A stretch of 64,000 nucleotides of DNA from Octopus bimaculoides (GCF_001194135.2 NC_068984.1:87917945-87981944); one strand, 5' to 3'; numbered from the stretch's first letter, positions 1 through 14,132 are shown. The notes: a model not told the origin generated them from the sequence alone. Numbers and translations are program-made.

Positions 1-233
1 ACGATTACTGAGTGAGAAATTCCATATAAAAGAGACATTCTTCAGAGTCACCAAGATGGGTCGGAGATGTTTGGAAATAGAGAGCATCAGACTAATGTGG
101 AGGGTAGCTGTCGTTCTGGGCAGTCTGCTCCTTCATTGAGTGGCAGAATTATAGGTATAAGCTGTGTGTATACCTGTCTCTCTTTCTCTCACGGTTCTCT
201 CTCTGTCTCTCTCTCTTTGTTTCTGTCTCTTTG

Positions 234-240
<7 letters not shown>

Positions 241-282
<42 letters not shown>

Positions 283-615
283 NNNNNNNNNNNNNNNNNN
301 NNNNNNNNNNNNNNNNNNNNNNNNNNNNNNNNNNNNNNNNNNNNNNNNNNNNNNNNNNNNNNNNNNNNNNNNNNNNNNNNNNNNNNNNNNNNNNNNNNNN
401 NNNNNNNNNNNNNNNNNNNNNNNNNNNNNNNNNNNNNNNNNNNNNNNNNNNNNNNNNNNNNNNNNNNNNNNNNNNNNNNNNNNNNNNNNNNNNNNNNNNN
501 NNNNNNNNNNNNNNNNNNNNNNNNNNNNNNNNNNNNNNNNNNNNNNNNNNNNNNNNNNNNNNNNNNNNNNNNNNNNNNNNNNNNNNNNNNNNNNNNNNNN
601 NNNNNNNNNNNNNNN

Positions 616-663
<48 letters not shown>

Positions 664-803
664 CATACATTCTATATACATCCACACACACATATACATA
701 CATACGTACATACATACAAAGATTCATACATACATACATACGTACATACATACATACATACATACATACATACATACATACATACATACATACATACATA
801 ATA
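241..803. repeat. (CT)n, gap, (TA)n and (TACA)n microsatellite cluster
   Basis: Directly visible in the sequence. Confidence 0.95.
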
Positions 804-1421
804 TATGAATGAGCGTATTCGTCCTCGCGTCTTTGTGCACGTGAATGTGTGTGATAATGTCCGTTAAAGTATCTCTGTTTACATTTATTGATGCAATCCG
901 GTATGTCGAATTGGTTCATTCTATGTTAAAAATCTAACTTGATGAATCGGTAAATACAGATCGATTTGCTAAAACTTTCCTGTTCTCTCCAAGCGAATAC
1001 ATAGGCTCAGACAGACACAGGCACGCGCGAATGCATACACACACACAGACACACACACACACACACTCACTCACTCATTCACTCACTCACTCACTTACAA
1101 CGCACACACACACGTACACACACACACACACACACAGAGTGTATGTGAATGTTGTTTTTGTAAATGCGCATCGCTATGTTTTCTTTTCTTTTTTATTTGT
1201 TAATGCACATGAGCGATGAGTATTTATTTTGTCCTTGTGGCAAAATAAAGACTTTATTCGTTTATTTACTTCAATCAATTCTTTGAATTCGGCACGTAAA
1301 GTTATGACTGAAGTGTTCGAATTTACACATGCAAGGAAATAGTCAACAAGGAACACAGACGCAGACAAAGAATAGTTGGAAAAATCAAACTTTGTATCTT
1401 TTCATACATACGTGATATACA

Positions 1422-1485
<64 letters not shown>

Positions 1486-2742
1486 NNNNNNNNNNNNNNN
1501 NNNNNNNNNNNNNNNNNNNNNNNNNNNNNNNNNNNNNNNNNNNNNNNNNNNNNNNNNNNNNNNNNNNNNNNNNNNNNNNNNNNNNNNNNNNNNNNNNNNN
1601 NNNNNNNNNNNNNNNNNNNNNNNNNNNNNNNNNNNNNNNNNNNNNNNNNNNNNNNNNNNNNNNNNNNNNNNNNNNNNNNNNNNNNNNNNNNNNNNNNNNN
1701 NNNNNNNNNNNNNNNNNNNNNNNNNNNNNNNNNNNNNNNNNNNNNNNNNNNNNNNNNNNNNNNNNNNNNNNNNNNNNNNNNNNNNNNNNNNNNNNNNNNN
1801 NNNNNNNNNNNNNNNNNNNNNNNNNNNNNNNNNNNNNNNNNNNNNNNNNNNNNNNNNNNNNNNNNNNNNNNNNNNNNNNNNNNNNNNNNNNNNNNNNNNN
1901 NNNNNNNNNNNNNNNNNNNNNNNNNNNNNNNNNNNNNNNNNNNNNNNNNNNNNNNNNNNNNNNNNNNNNNNNNNNNNNNNNNNNNNNNNNNNNNNNNNNN
2001 NNNNNNNNNNNNNNNNNNNNNNNNNNNNNNNNNNNNNNNNNNNNNNNNNNNNNNNNNNNNNNNNNNNNNNNNNNNNNNNNNNNNNNNNNNNNNNNNNNNN
2101 NNNNNNNNNNNNNNNNNNNNNNNNNNNNNNNNNNNNNNNNNNNNNNNNNNNNNNNNNNNNNNNNNNNNNNNNNNNNNNNNNNNNNNNNNNNNNNNNNNNN
2201 NNNNNNNNNNNNNNNNNNNNNNNNNNNNNNNNNNNNNNNNNNNNNNNNNNNNNNNNNNNNNNNNNNNNNNNNNNNNNNNNNNNNNNNNNNNNNNNNNNNN
2301 NNNNNNNNNNNTATATATATATATATATATATATGCGTATATATTTATATGTATTACGTGTGTACACACACATTCACACATATATATATATCAACGCACT
2401 CTTTGTGTAACAATTAGGAATAATTCAGTTGGTGTGAAGTGGGTAGATTTGGTAATTAACGTACGTGGAAATTTATGTAAACGGTTTGGGCAGAAGCAAG
2501 CCTACTTCTGACTTATCAAAGCTTCATGAGCATCATGTAGGTTTGAATAGGAATCCTTTGGTTATTGAACACGTACATTCTCTCGAAGGCTTATCACCCC
2601 AGCGTTATTTCACAGCAACATCTGAATTATTTTGTTGCACGTGCATTATGAGCCAAATTGACCCTGCGAGGTAATTTATTTTTCCATATATTGACTGTTA
2701 TATAATGTTTGACTGACTCTGTTAGTATCGTTTATTTTTTAA

Positions 2743-3173
2743 TTCTTATTTGTTTCTGTTATTCAACTGCGGCCATACTGGGGCACAGCCTTAACGAATT
2801 TTAGTCGAACGACAAATCTACCCCAGTACTTATTTAGTTTTTAAGTCTCATACTTCTATCGGTTTATTTTGCCGAACCGCTAGCTTACGGGGAAGTAAAC
2901 ACACTAACACCGGTTGTTAAGAGGTGGTGGTACAAACAGACACAAAGACACATATACACTCACTCACACACACACACACACAAACATACACGCACTCACA
3001 CACATACATACACACACACTCACGCACAAACACATGTTTCTCTCTAGCAAATCCATTCACAAAACTTTGGTCGGTCCTAGATTAAAGTAGAAGACACTTG
3101 CCCGAGGTGCCACGCAATGGGAATGAACCCAGAATCGTGCAGTTGGGAAGCAAACTTCTTATTATACAGTCAC
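2743..3173 (-). mobile_element. tRNA-derived SINE family A (contains an internal CA microsatellite)
   Basis: Shares the blocks gtagaagacacttgcccxaggtgccacgc, ggggaxgtaaac and cggccatxctgg with the copies at 32345, 36154, 53014 and 57120. Confidence 0.8.
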
Positions 3174-3656
3174 GGAATTCCACTCACTTTCCATCAAGAA
3201 ATTCACTCTCACGACACTGGTCTGTCCAGGGACTATACCAAAACATACTTACCTACCACACAGTGGGTCTGAACTCGGTACCATGTGGTTGAGAAGCAAA
3301 GTTCTTACTACACAATCATGTCTGCGCTTGTGTGGACATTTTGATCCATCAATTGTTTGTTCCGTGTATTCTCTCGAGGGGATATAAATAATCCCAAATT
3401 TATTTTAGACCAAAGCTAGAAATAATTTCTTGTATATTATTATTTCATTTGCTATATTATGAGTTGTTTAACCATTGATCAGTCTTCATATAACCACCGA
3501 ACTGCTTTCTATATTGATTAAAATATTCCATGGAGAGTTTTTTAAAAATAATTTGTTTATGTGAGTCTATGTGTGCTTGCTAAATGTGTATTGACCGAAG
3601 ATTCAGTATATTACTTGTATTGAGTTTATGGACTTTGAAAAGATGAAAATGTGTGC

Positions 3657-3694
<38 letters not shown>

Positions 3695-4287
3695 TAACTA
3701 CGTGAGCATCTGTCTGGATTCTGCAAAGAATGTAATCATAGCATTTCAAGGATTGACACCAGCTCTGTAGTCCTAAATTCAAACCTATATATTAATAAAA
3801 TAACATGTTTCTACCTACCAATATTTTGTCACACTACTAGAGGAAGAGACTCCGACAGAGTAGAGGGAAAACAGTCGGTAGTTATGTAAAAGGTGGTGGT
3901 GAAGGCGCCGGTGTTGATAATAGTAAATTTAGAAGGATAGAGAGGAAAAGACAAGAAAGAGAGAGAGAGAGAGAGAGATTGTGTGCGTGTGTGTATGTAT
4001 CTATATGCATGTATACATGTATATGTGTGAGTATATAGAAAAAGAGAGCGGGAAGGGAAAAACAGAGAGACAGAGAGTGAAAGAGAGACGGACAGAGAGA
4101 AAAAGACAGAGGATTCTAAGAAGCAGAAGGCTGAGTAATGGTTGGAGTTAAGGTAAAGAGAAAAGTTAAGTTGCCAGAAGGAGCAGAGGGTGAAAGTAAT
4201 ACGGAAATGGAGGGGAAAAGAAGCATATGAAACATAGCAAAGTTTGCAGCGTCACTCTGTTCTCAGTCACTTTACATCCTCATCAGT

Positions 4288-4611
4288 GAAGGCGCGTGGC
4301 TTAGTGGTTAGGGTGTTCGGCTCGCAATCGTATGGTCATGAGTTCAATTCCTGGCGACGTGTTGTGTCCTCGAGCAAGACACTTTATTTCACGTTGCTCC
4401 AGTCCAATCAACTGGCAAAAATGAGTAGTACCTTTATTTCAAAGGGCCAGCCTTGTCACTCTCTGTGTCACGCTGAATATCCTTGAGAACTACGGTTAAG
4501 GCTACCAGTGGCCGTGGAGTGATCAGCCACATGCACGTTAATTTCACGAGCAGCCTGTTCCATTGATCGGATTAACTGGAACCCTCGTCGTCGTAATTGA
4601 TGGAGAGTGCC
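4288..4611 (+). mobile_element. tRNA-derived SINE, family C (near full length)
   Basis: A-box tggcttagtgg 4297-4307, B-box gagttcaattcc 4340-4351 and a CORE-like gtgtcctcgagcaagacact block. Homologous copies lie at 44700-44948 and 46092-46383. Confidence 0.85.
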
Positions 4612-4917
4612 GTACCCTCATCCTGTTATTCTCTCAGTTTTATACGTTTAAAAAAAAATTGAAGTGTATCTTCTTATATAAAATTAGTTTAAAATATTGG
4701 CTTGCTGCGTGAATACTATGATCTTCTGTATCTATGCATACATGTATATATTTACCAAATTCATTACGTGTGTGTCAGTATATGTGCGTATGTGTGTAAT
4801 CCGAAGAAATTCTTGAGAGTTTGATTCAATAACCACAGTAATAAATTCTAAGAGCGGGAAAGTCTAACATTCCAGACAGAGATCCTTCGACGAGGTGGGC
4901 AAGTAATGCTGTGATAA

Positions 4918-4953
<36 letters not shown>

Positions 4954-7900
4954 ACCGGTTGCTATCTGGTTGATGGCTTTGACTCGTATCAGTTTGAATA
5001 CTTATCTCTAAGTTCTTGAATTTTGTCACTCTATCCACTCTAGCCCCATCTACACACGCTTTTTCTCACTTCTCTCAATCATATTTCTATTTTCTTTGAA
5101 ACTGTATATTATGCATGGCACAATATAATACCTTTTTCTTATCACCTATCAACATTCTCTCTCCCTAACTTATACCATTTTCCGCCTCTTGTCAACTTCG
5201 CACATCAACCGCTTTTCTGTTGACTTTGCATCGTCACACCTGACACACTTCATCCTGCATAGCCCATTCATAGCGCCACCCTCCTCTTCTTCCCGTTCCT
5301 GCCTTTTCACCACTTCACTTCCTTTTTGACTCTTCCGGCCATTACTTGGTACTCCATAAATGAAATATCAGACGTTTCTCAGGGGAACGTTGTTTCTTAA
5401 AAAATATTTTGTATATTGTATAAATGGATAGTGAGAGCTGAAGTCGATGGCAATTGTATGTAGGTAGTGTGTAGCGGTCTGAATCTATGCAGTGATTTGG
5501 ACAAGGAAAAAATGTAGGTTAGTGATGTGAAGGAAGAGTCTTTCTAAAATGTTGGAAAGTGTGCATAAGGAGGTGATGGGTTTGTGTGACGCTACTTCGC
5601 TTGAGCTGTTAATGGGCTGTAAATTTGAGAGAATTCGTACCAGTTTCCTGGTTCTGGTAATTTGACAGAATTATTAGAAGCAACTCTAGATGTTAGTGAT
5701 TGCAGTGATTCTTTCACACCATAAGTATTTTGATCGTATTTTGTAATATTGTCAAGCTTTGCGGCTTCTTTTTTTTTTTCTTTTTTTTTTTTTGTATTTT
5801 CTGAAATTTCCCCCAACGCTTTACTGGTGTTTCATGAACGGAAATGTTCGAAATCATTATTTTTGATTTGATATTTCTGTCTATTTATGAGTTCTTTCTC
5901 GCTGATTTACAAGAAACATCTGATAAGGGTATTACCTTGACGTTGGTTATGTTATCTTCTTTGATGTTATTATTCTGGCGTGGAGGGCGGTGTGGTTGTT
6001 GCTGTTGTTGATTCTGCTATTCATTCTATATAGTGTTTTTTTGTGTTATTTACAAATATTTGCCAGTTTTCTGCTTTTCCTCACTTTATTTTCTTTGTTA
6101 TTTCCCCGATTTAGTTAGTTAATGAGTAGTCTGTGGTGTTAAGTTTCGGTTTTGCTATATATATTTTTTGAGGTTGTTTCTAGTTGTTTTTTAGCAGGTT
6201 TGTTATTTCTGATGCATTTATATGCTAACCTGTTGAATGTGTTTTGAGGATGAGTCTACAATAATTTTTTAAGCATGTATTGCACTCTCTATACTGGTGA
6301 ATATAATATTATTAAAGTCAGCGAACGTTGACACACTTTCTTAGTGGAAATGGTTCCACTGAGCAATTCTGAAGTTTGTGAACTATGTTCACGTCATTTA
6401 TTGATGGAGATTAAAGGATAGCTAGGGAATTGTTTGCAATGTGGTTTCAACAGAGTGTAAAAGGCTGAGTAAGGGTTGAAGTTAAAGTAAATATGCAAGA
6501 GAAAAGCAGAAAACAGAATAGTGTGGTGTGTGGAGCAGGAAGGCATGTCTAGAAAAGAGCTTTGTTTCAGATGGTGGAGAATGTGAATAAGTAGGTGAGT
6601 TATTTAGGACATGAAAGGAGTTTGGTCTGGCACTATTGTGCTATTTTGTCTGTAATTTGTATTGTTTGTATCAGGTTGCTTTGTGTGAGCTGAAGATTTC
6701 CCCAATTATGGTATTTATTACAGTGTTTAATTGTAGCTGGATTTGCGTAACATGGCGGGGAACGATTGCTGAGATTTATTTTAATATATATACATGCACA
6801 CGCGCGCGCGCGCGCGCGTGTGCGTGCGTGTGTGTATGTGTTTATATTAACGTAATTCCTATATCTAGTTTTCATTTACAACACCTACATTTGTAAGCAT
6901 TTGTATCATGTTGCCTTACACTGTTAGTTTTTTTAGTCATTTTTTTTTGGTGTCTCTGCACTGGATGCAAAGCTATTAACTTGCTACTTTCACTACAACC
7001 ACCTAACAATTGTTACAAAGCAACAAAAGCTAATTACAAGAAGCCAGCCACCTGAGCATAACCTCGGCATCGCATCTGCTAGATCCATTTCTAAATCTTT
7101 CCAGTCTCCTGAGAATTAAAATACTTTTATTACTCCATTTTTTGTGTAAACAATATGAAGTTATTATTTCTTCCACAATCTTTTTATACATAATACGAAG
7201 CTTGCACCAAAGTTTGTCCCCCGAGGTCATATTTGAACGAAATTATGTATTTGAGGAATTTTATACTAGATTGCAAATATACAAAATATTGTTGGTGGTG
7301 ATGAATATTTTTAGTTCCTTAAATTATATTTTTAGACTATTAGTGTATTGTAGTATTTATAATTTCATGTATTATGTTTATAAGATTTGCTTTTACGTGT
7401 ACGTGCTTGATTTTTTATGCATTCTTTGCGAAGTTGTAGAGTTCCAGAAAGGAGATAATAACAGCACTTTCTGTTTTGATGAATATTTCGCTATTATTGT
7501 TACAGTTAGTAAAATATAGAGTATTCATGTTAATTTTTGCCATACGGTGTTATTTGCAAGTGTTCCTTTGAAAAAAAAAAAAACTATTTCAGAAAGAACT
7601 AGGTTTTCTGCAGAATCATCGTTTTTAGATTTCGCCCACGTGTAGTAGTGAACCGCAGGAAATATTTTTTATTTATCTGTCTGTTTATGTATATATTTTC
7701 ATACTGTTACTGTACATGAAATTCCTCCCTTCTCGTGTCCTGAGAAAATCCAAACAAAACATTAGCAGAAAATACTATCACACATTACATTACATTCCAT
7801 TCATTATATTCGGTTCTCATTGTGCCTTGTGACATTTGAGGCGACAGCAAAATCATTCCACCTTCTAACACTGAAAGCGTCCTTGACAGCTTGTTCCATT

Positions 7901-8265
7901 GTTAACCCTCTGCTTTAAGATCTTTTGTTATTGTTCCCCGCTACGTTTCCTCTGCCAATTCGCCCCCACCTGGTAACACATAATAGAATTCCATCAGTTC
8001 CAGTGCCAAAAATGTCTATGGTGTATTAATTATTGACACGGCAATATTAAATAAATAAAACGAGCAGGAAGAGCAGAAGAGCTAAAGAATGACGTCAACC
8101 AAGCTACTGAATTAAATATATTTATGGCAGTTAAGGAATGGGTCTGTCATGTCATTTGTAAGTGGTACAATGAAAACGGTACACAACTAGATCTAGATAT
8201 ACGTACATTCCAGAAAATATCATTTCTGATCTATAAATCTTGTTAAGGCACATAAACCATTTTTG

Positions 8266-8313
8266 ACATTGAACAGTTTTAACATTGAACAGTTTTAATC
8301 TTGAACAGTTTTA
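8266..8313 (+). repeat. Three-copy 16-bp minisatellite
   Basis: acattgaacagtttta x2 followed by atcttgaacagtttta. Confidence 0.9.
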
Positions 8314-8404
8314 TCCATGTTTTCCAACATCTTCTAATCTGTTTCCTTAATTAAGGAAAACCCTTAATGTATTTCTCAATCTATGAATTTTTATCTTTCT
8401 GATG

Positions 8405-8575
8405 CAGGCACAAGGTCTGAAATTTTGGGGAAGGGGGACATTCGATTTCATCGACCCCAGGGTTCAACTGGTACTTTATTTTATCGATTCCATAAGGATG
8501 AAAGGCAAAGCCTACTTTGGTGTAATCTGAACACAAAACGTATAGAGCCAAAAGAAATGCCGCTATGCATTCTAT
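8405..8575 (-). mobile_element. tRNA-derived SINE family B (central domain resembling Deu/Nin), partial
   Basis: atcgaccccag..caactggtactttattttatcga..ggatgaaaggcaaag is the reverse complement of the family B core seen at 57546. Confidence 0.75.
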
Positions 8576-9328
8576 CGCTAACAATTCTGTCGGCTCGCTG
8601 CTTTTCACTCTATGAACATTTAAGAAAATATTGATGAAATATTTTTCCTACAAGTTATTTTAATAGAATCTAATAATAAATGTATATATTTCTTCAAGTC
8701 TACATATAACTTCAAAATCAGTCATTTTATCATTCTTTTTTCCGTATATATTAACCCAAACTTTTGCTAAAAATTTCGTTCGAGTAAACTTCCAGCAAAC
8801 TTTGAGTTCATTTTCTAAAATTTGTCTGTTTCAAAACTCAATATGTTCAGTTAGTTTTGTTTTTGTTACTATATATGTAGAGATTTAAAATACCGGTAAA
8901 TATCTTACGTTGAACAGAACGTTGTCACCATCCCGTTAACATCATCACCATTTTCTTTTTGTTAATCATGTCCACAAACATTATTTTTCTGTAAATATTT
9001 AATATTTGTATACCGTTCAACATCTACATCCTCGTTGCATTTAAATTCAATTTCAGTGTTTTAACTGCATTGCTATATCTTAAATTTTTAAAACTCAAAA
9101 ATAATCATCTATCCATTGCATTTGCTAAATGTTGGTTACTGCCATAACTTATTGGCATTTGGATAATTATAAAAAATATTGTTTCTACGTAGAATTTTTT
9201 ACACTTTACGTAGAATATTTAGGACAATTCACTTTAGCGGGAACTATCCCGCATCGTACACTCGCCCAATTTTACCGTCTGACCACTGCGTGTGGTGATA
9301 AATTTGACGCACGCACAAACATACAGAG

Positions 9329-9438
<110 letters not shown>

Positions 9439-11901
9439 GCCTGTATGTACCTTATAGTACTTACATACAACTAGAACCATTGTGGGTACCTTTACGTCGT
9501 CGTTGAGACTACTAGATATAACAGAAAACAAATCTTCAAAAAATATCTAGATGACACTGAAAAGACGAGATGGGTATGAATGGAATGCTTTTGCTCATAG
9601 GTCTCTCAATCAAAGTTGATTGGTACTAAATAACAACAGCAACAGCCTGTTAAATCAGCGCTAACATGCTTCATTAAATTTTAATTATGTCAAGAAAAAC
9701 AAACAGTAAATTATTGCTTCAATTTGATCAAGGTCAGATCGACAATTCAAAAATTTCACTTAATTAAAATTAAAATTACACACGTGGTAGGGATGGGCAG
9801 AATCTTTACCACACAGGTTAATATTAATATAATCCGAGCTTCGGTACACATGGAGACAATTCCAGACATGTTTTAGCAAAGTATGAGCTTTTTACGTTCT
9901 TGTTATTATTGTATATGCATATAGTGATTTACTTACATCAAGACATGATATAAAGAAGTCACTGTATGCATCTACAATAATGCACACGAGTTGGCATGTC
10001 GACATAGAATGACTAAGGAAATTATCCAGGGACACATCTGCATCGAATACAAATAGACTTGTCAATATTAACATATTCAATAAACGGCTAGCATCCAATC
10101 CCGGACATTCATGGTCATCTCTAACTATCTGCTTCACATTACTACTATGTAAATGCATACAGGTTTTATTGATGTTGATTTATATTTTTGATATAATTTC
10201 TCCAATGTAATTCAGCAACTAGATTAATGTTGTAATTCTGAATTCAATTCATTTTGCAGGAAAAATTGTTCGTGAGATAGAGTAGAAATATTATATAAAT
10301 AATTTATATTTGATTAGAGAGTTGAAATTTCCAACGATCCAAGTTTCACTGCAATGCTATGCCACACTCTGCAAATAGACACAATGCAGTTGAAATATAA
10401 TTGTGATTGTTATTGTTTCATCCCAAGTTATCCTGGATCAGCACACTTACTAGCTCGGCTCGTCCACCCCAGCCAGATGTACTATCACTGATATATCAGC
10501 TACGACCACCTGATTTTTATTTTCCTACATAGTCTATTTAGGACTTCATTGTTCAATGTAGCCGTTTTATCAAAACATCAGAGATGATTCAAAGGATATT
10601 TAGTTGTTTGTTGTAGCAGGTCGAGAGACTACGTAGTCGCTCCCTCTTTTTCTTGCAAGTGGTGTATTAGCATTGATTGTTTTTTTTCTTTTTCGCATAT
10701 AGATTATGAACTCAAATTGCTCCGAGTACTTGAAGTATGCAATAGAAAGCTATACCAGACCATTGTTCTCAGAAACATTATGGATCGACAAAAGTCAGCG
10801 TCGTCTCAATGTCAACTGCCAAGTTAGATTAAATTTAAATAAATGAATAGCAACTGAATAATCTTTAGTAATTTCCGAAAGATCGTACACATCTCATAAT
10901 GCTACTTTGCTGATATGGTTACTACAGAATAATTCGTTTCACAGGGATTTAATTTCCGTATTCTATTCATATTTGTAAATAAACTCGGTTATATTCTGTA
11001 ATATTATTTAAGATGTATATGTTGCTCTTCATATCTAAATACTTCATATTAAAGATGTCTTTGGAAGTGCCGGTGATTTGGGTTTTATATCTTAATATTA
11101 TATATGAGTGAATGTAAAATGTATTTAGAGTTAACAAAAGAAGTGCATTAATTGAAATTATTGTATTGAACATTTCATAACAGAATACTCAGTCACAATT
11201 CAGTTTTAAAATAGTTAACTTTCACACAATGCATTAAGCTTTCTATGTTACTCTCTACATTTTAATAAAATTTCCACCAATTCTCAAATGCTGGAAACTT
11301 TTTGTGAAGAGAAGTCTAAAGCTACATTTTTTAAGATTATAATTCGAAAATAAACGAAGCAGTTATCATTTTAAAATTACATTACAAAAATTATGAATTT
11401 AAAGGAACAGAGTTTCTGCTTTTAGTTGAGACTTAAATACTTTTACCAGAAAGAAACATTTTACTTCGTTTAATATTTCTTTTAATCGGAGTGAGCTGTA
11501 AATTATTATCGAGAACAGTTATGTATTTTCACAAAGTGAAAATAGTACCAAAGTCTAATCCATGACATTCTTAATATTCCCAAGAACAGGAATCGCCTCA
11601 TTTTGGTATGATTTTCCATCAAGAATGTTTCAAAGTAAACACTCAACCTGCTAAATACCGCTTACGATTATCTTTCAACAAATTCAGAATATTTTTAAAT
11701 TCGTGGATTATATATTCAAATGATAACTTAATATAATCTGTCCAACGACAGAGTGGCTACAGTTACATACGTCGATAAAGAGATTCTTCTGTCGTCAGCT
11801 CAATCAAAAAACAAATAAGAGAAATATTAAAGTATTTCATAAAATTTAAACGGTGATGAATTGCAAATGTCTTTAATCCCTATAAATTCATTTCATTTCA
11901 G

Positions 11902-12162
11902 GAAACCTATGCGTAAGCAACATCTGCAGTACTGGTACCTTCGGCCTGTCATGTTCGGAGAAATCAAGTATACGTGTGACCGAGGTACGACTCGAGCCTA
12001 CGTCTACGTCAATAGAAATAGTCCGAGGAAATCTTCAGACCCTGTGCAATGGTCGAAAGTACTGTGCAGCCGATGGCTTGCGTACGTTGATTCCACATTG
12101 TCAACTAGAATTAACAGGTGGAATAATACCCGTTGTAGCAGTTTACTACTCGTGTCAAACAG
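11902..12162 (+). CDS. Internal coding exon (phase 1-1, 261 nt) encoding a divergent SUEL/galactose-rhamnose lectin-like domain of a single-pass membrane protein
   Basis: Acceptor tttcatttcag|G and donor ACAG|gtgagt. Open frame xNLCVSNICSTGTFGLSCSEKSSIRVTEVRLEPTSTSIEIVRGNLQTLCNGRKYCAADGLRTLIPHCQLELTGGIIPVVAVYYSCQT. The C..LSC...I.V, LCxGxxxC and VxYxC spacing matches the SUEL fold by eye. Confidence 0.85.
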
Positions 12163-12524
12163 GTGAGTTATAGTTTTATTTCTTCTTTTTATTGAATAAA
12201 TTAGAGACACGTTTACATTCAACGTAGATCTAAACTAAAACAACAGAGCAATAAAATAAATATAATAAGGTAATTTAGATATTTGTTAAATTCTAATGTA
12301 GATCAGGGTCTTTTTTCTATTTCCATTTGAATTGAAAATATTTGCATCAAAAATAGAGAAAAAAACAAATATAAACAACATTTAGAATCATCGCCGTAAA
12401 ATGTAATATTCTGGCAAGTGTAGTTATGTACTATTTATTTTCTTTAGTTTATTTTATATTTCTGTTTGTTTTTCTTATGACTTGGAAGAAGAACAACACT
12501 CAGATTTTTTTCAATGTGTACAAG

Positions 12525-12576
12525 ACAATAATTAGATAAGAGTAGCAATATATATTTGCAGAAGTGATACTAAAGC

Positions 12577-12645
<69 letters not shown>

Positions 12646-12662
12646 TAATTATAATGATATAT
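12525..12662 (+). repeat. Local duplication: about 60-bp unique flank plus (AAT)n plus short tail, repeated at 13568-13717
   Basis: acaataattagataagagtagcaata(t/c)atatttgcagaagtgatactaaagcatat(aat)n..gataattataatgatatat occurs twice. Confidence 0.9.
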
Positions 12663-13619
12663 GCATATATATATATATACAGAAAATGTTATTTAATAGA
12701 TGTTGTAGGATAACTGTTTTCATTTAGTGAGGTTGCTATGTTACTACCTTTTCAATTATCGCTTAAATTCGTACTGCCCTTGTTTTTTGCCTGCAATCCA
12801 TTTGAAATGAAATGGCAAGATATTATAACTTACCTTACAATGGTTTTAGTGGTAAGAAAAAAGTATGTTGCCTGGGCTGTTAAGTGATATCAACGTTTGT
12901 GAATGTATTTGAAAAGTTTGTATTTGTATATGTATGTTTTGTTCCTTTATCCTTTGGAATTTTTATTTGATGTTCTTTTTACATTAGTCCTTCAATTTGA
13001 CTTTTTAAATATAGCGTATATTTGTTAGCAATGGTGATGTATTACTGAATGCTTTACTAAGTTTCTAAAGCAGTGATCTTCCTTGGACAATATTTAGAGG
13101 GGCTTTGGGTTGTTGTTTATTTTTAATATAGGTGACTTTTACATGAAAATATATATTAACAAAACTATACAATATTTGAAACACTGAGCATTTCTTGCAA
13201 CCATTAATGATATGATCACCCCCAGAATAAATTCACACCTTTTAAAATCGTGTTTTAATTTAAAATTCCTGGAAAAAAGAAATTCCAGAAAAAATATATT
13301 TATTCTTGGTTTTCTACATCTTTATCTTTCGTATCTAATAGTATGAAGATTATTTCGTTTCTTCTTTATTTTCTTTGTTGAATTCCAAATCCGGTTTATA
13401 AGCACTTCTCATTTCTAGTTACAAATCCCTTAAACGAGATACAAAGCTGTCGCATAGTGTATCACTGAAACAAAGTAACGCATAGAGTGATATTTTTGGT
13501 ACAATATATACTTAATATTACAAAAATAATTAATTTTTGAACGTACATTTAAATATTCTTCGTCTCCACAATAATTAGATAAGAGTAGCAATACATATTT
13601 GCAGAAGTGATACTAAAGC

Positions 13620-13700
<81 letters not shown>

Positions 13701-14132
13701 TAATTATAATGATATATNNNNNNNNNNNNNNNNNNNNNNNNNNNNNNNNNNNNNNNNNNNNNNNNNNNNNNNNNNNNNNNNNNNNNNNNNNNNNNNNNNN
13801 NNNNNNNNNNNNNNNNNNNNNNNNNNNNNNNNNNNNNNNNNNNNNNNNNNNNNNNNNNNNNNNNNNNNNNNNNNNNNNNNNNNNNNNNNNNNNNNNNNNN
13901 NNNNNNNNNNNNNNNNNNNNNNNNNNNNNNNNNNNNNNNNNNNNNNNNNNNNNNNNNNNNNNNNNNNNNNNNNNNNNNNNNNNNNNNNNNNNNNNNNNNN
14001 NNNNNNNNNNNNNNNNNNNNNNNNNNNNNNNNNNNNNNNNNNNNNNNNNNNNNNNNNNNNNNNNNNNNNNNNNNNNNNNNNNNNNNNNNNNNNNNNNNNN
14101 NNNNNNNNNNNNNNNNNNNNNNNNNNNNNNNN

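Noticed and set aside
46-154. Possible upstream exon (ttcttcag|AGT...ATAG|gtataa) ending in phase 1; an overlapping frame reads MWRVAVVLGSLLLH*
   Set aside because: The donor is weak, the open frame has no signal peptide, and the signal-like frame hits a stop.
2616-2670. Candidate exon ending GCGAG|gtaatt
   Set aside because: It ends in phase 2, which is incompatible with the phase-1 lectin exon, and has no recognisable product.
4291-4360. tRNA-like sequences with A and B boxes (also at 46200-46262 and 57546-57635)
   Set aside because: They are SINE heads continuing into repeat bodies and lack a proper cloverleaf, so they are not tRNA genes.
5915-6320. Degenerate hammerhead-like string (ctgataagggtattaccttgacgtt) and a weak GIY-YIG-like minus frame, suggesting a Penelope relic
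   Set aside because: Too many core changes to support a call.
6700-6770. Hydrophobic stretch WYLLQCLIVAGFA resembling a signal peptide
   Set aside because: No in-frame ATG and no donor of the required phase.
10260-10271. Possible 12-nt phase 1-1 microexon (ttttgcag|GAAAAATTGTTC|gtgaga)
   Set aside because: Plausible, but indistinguishable from chance without junction reads.
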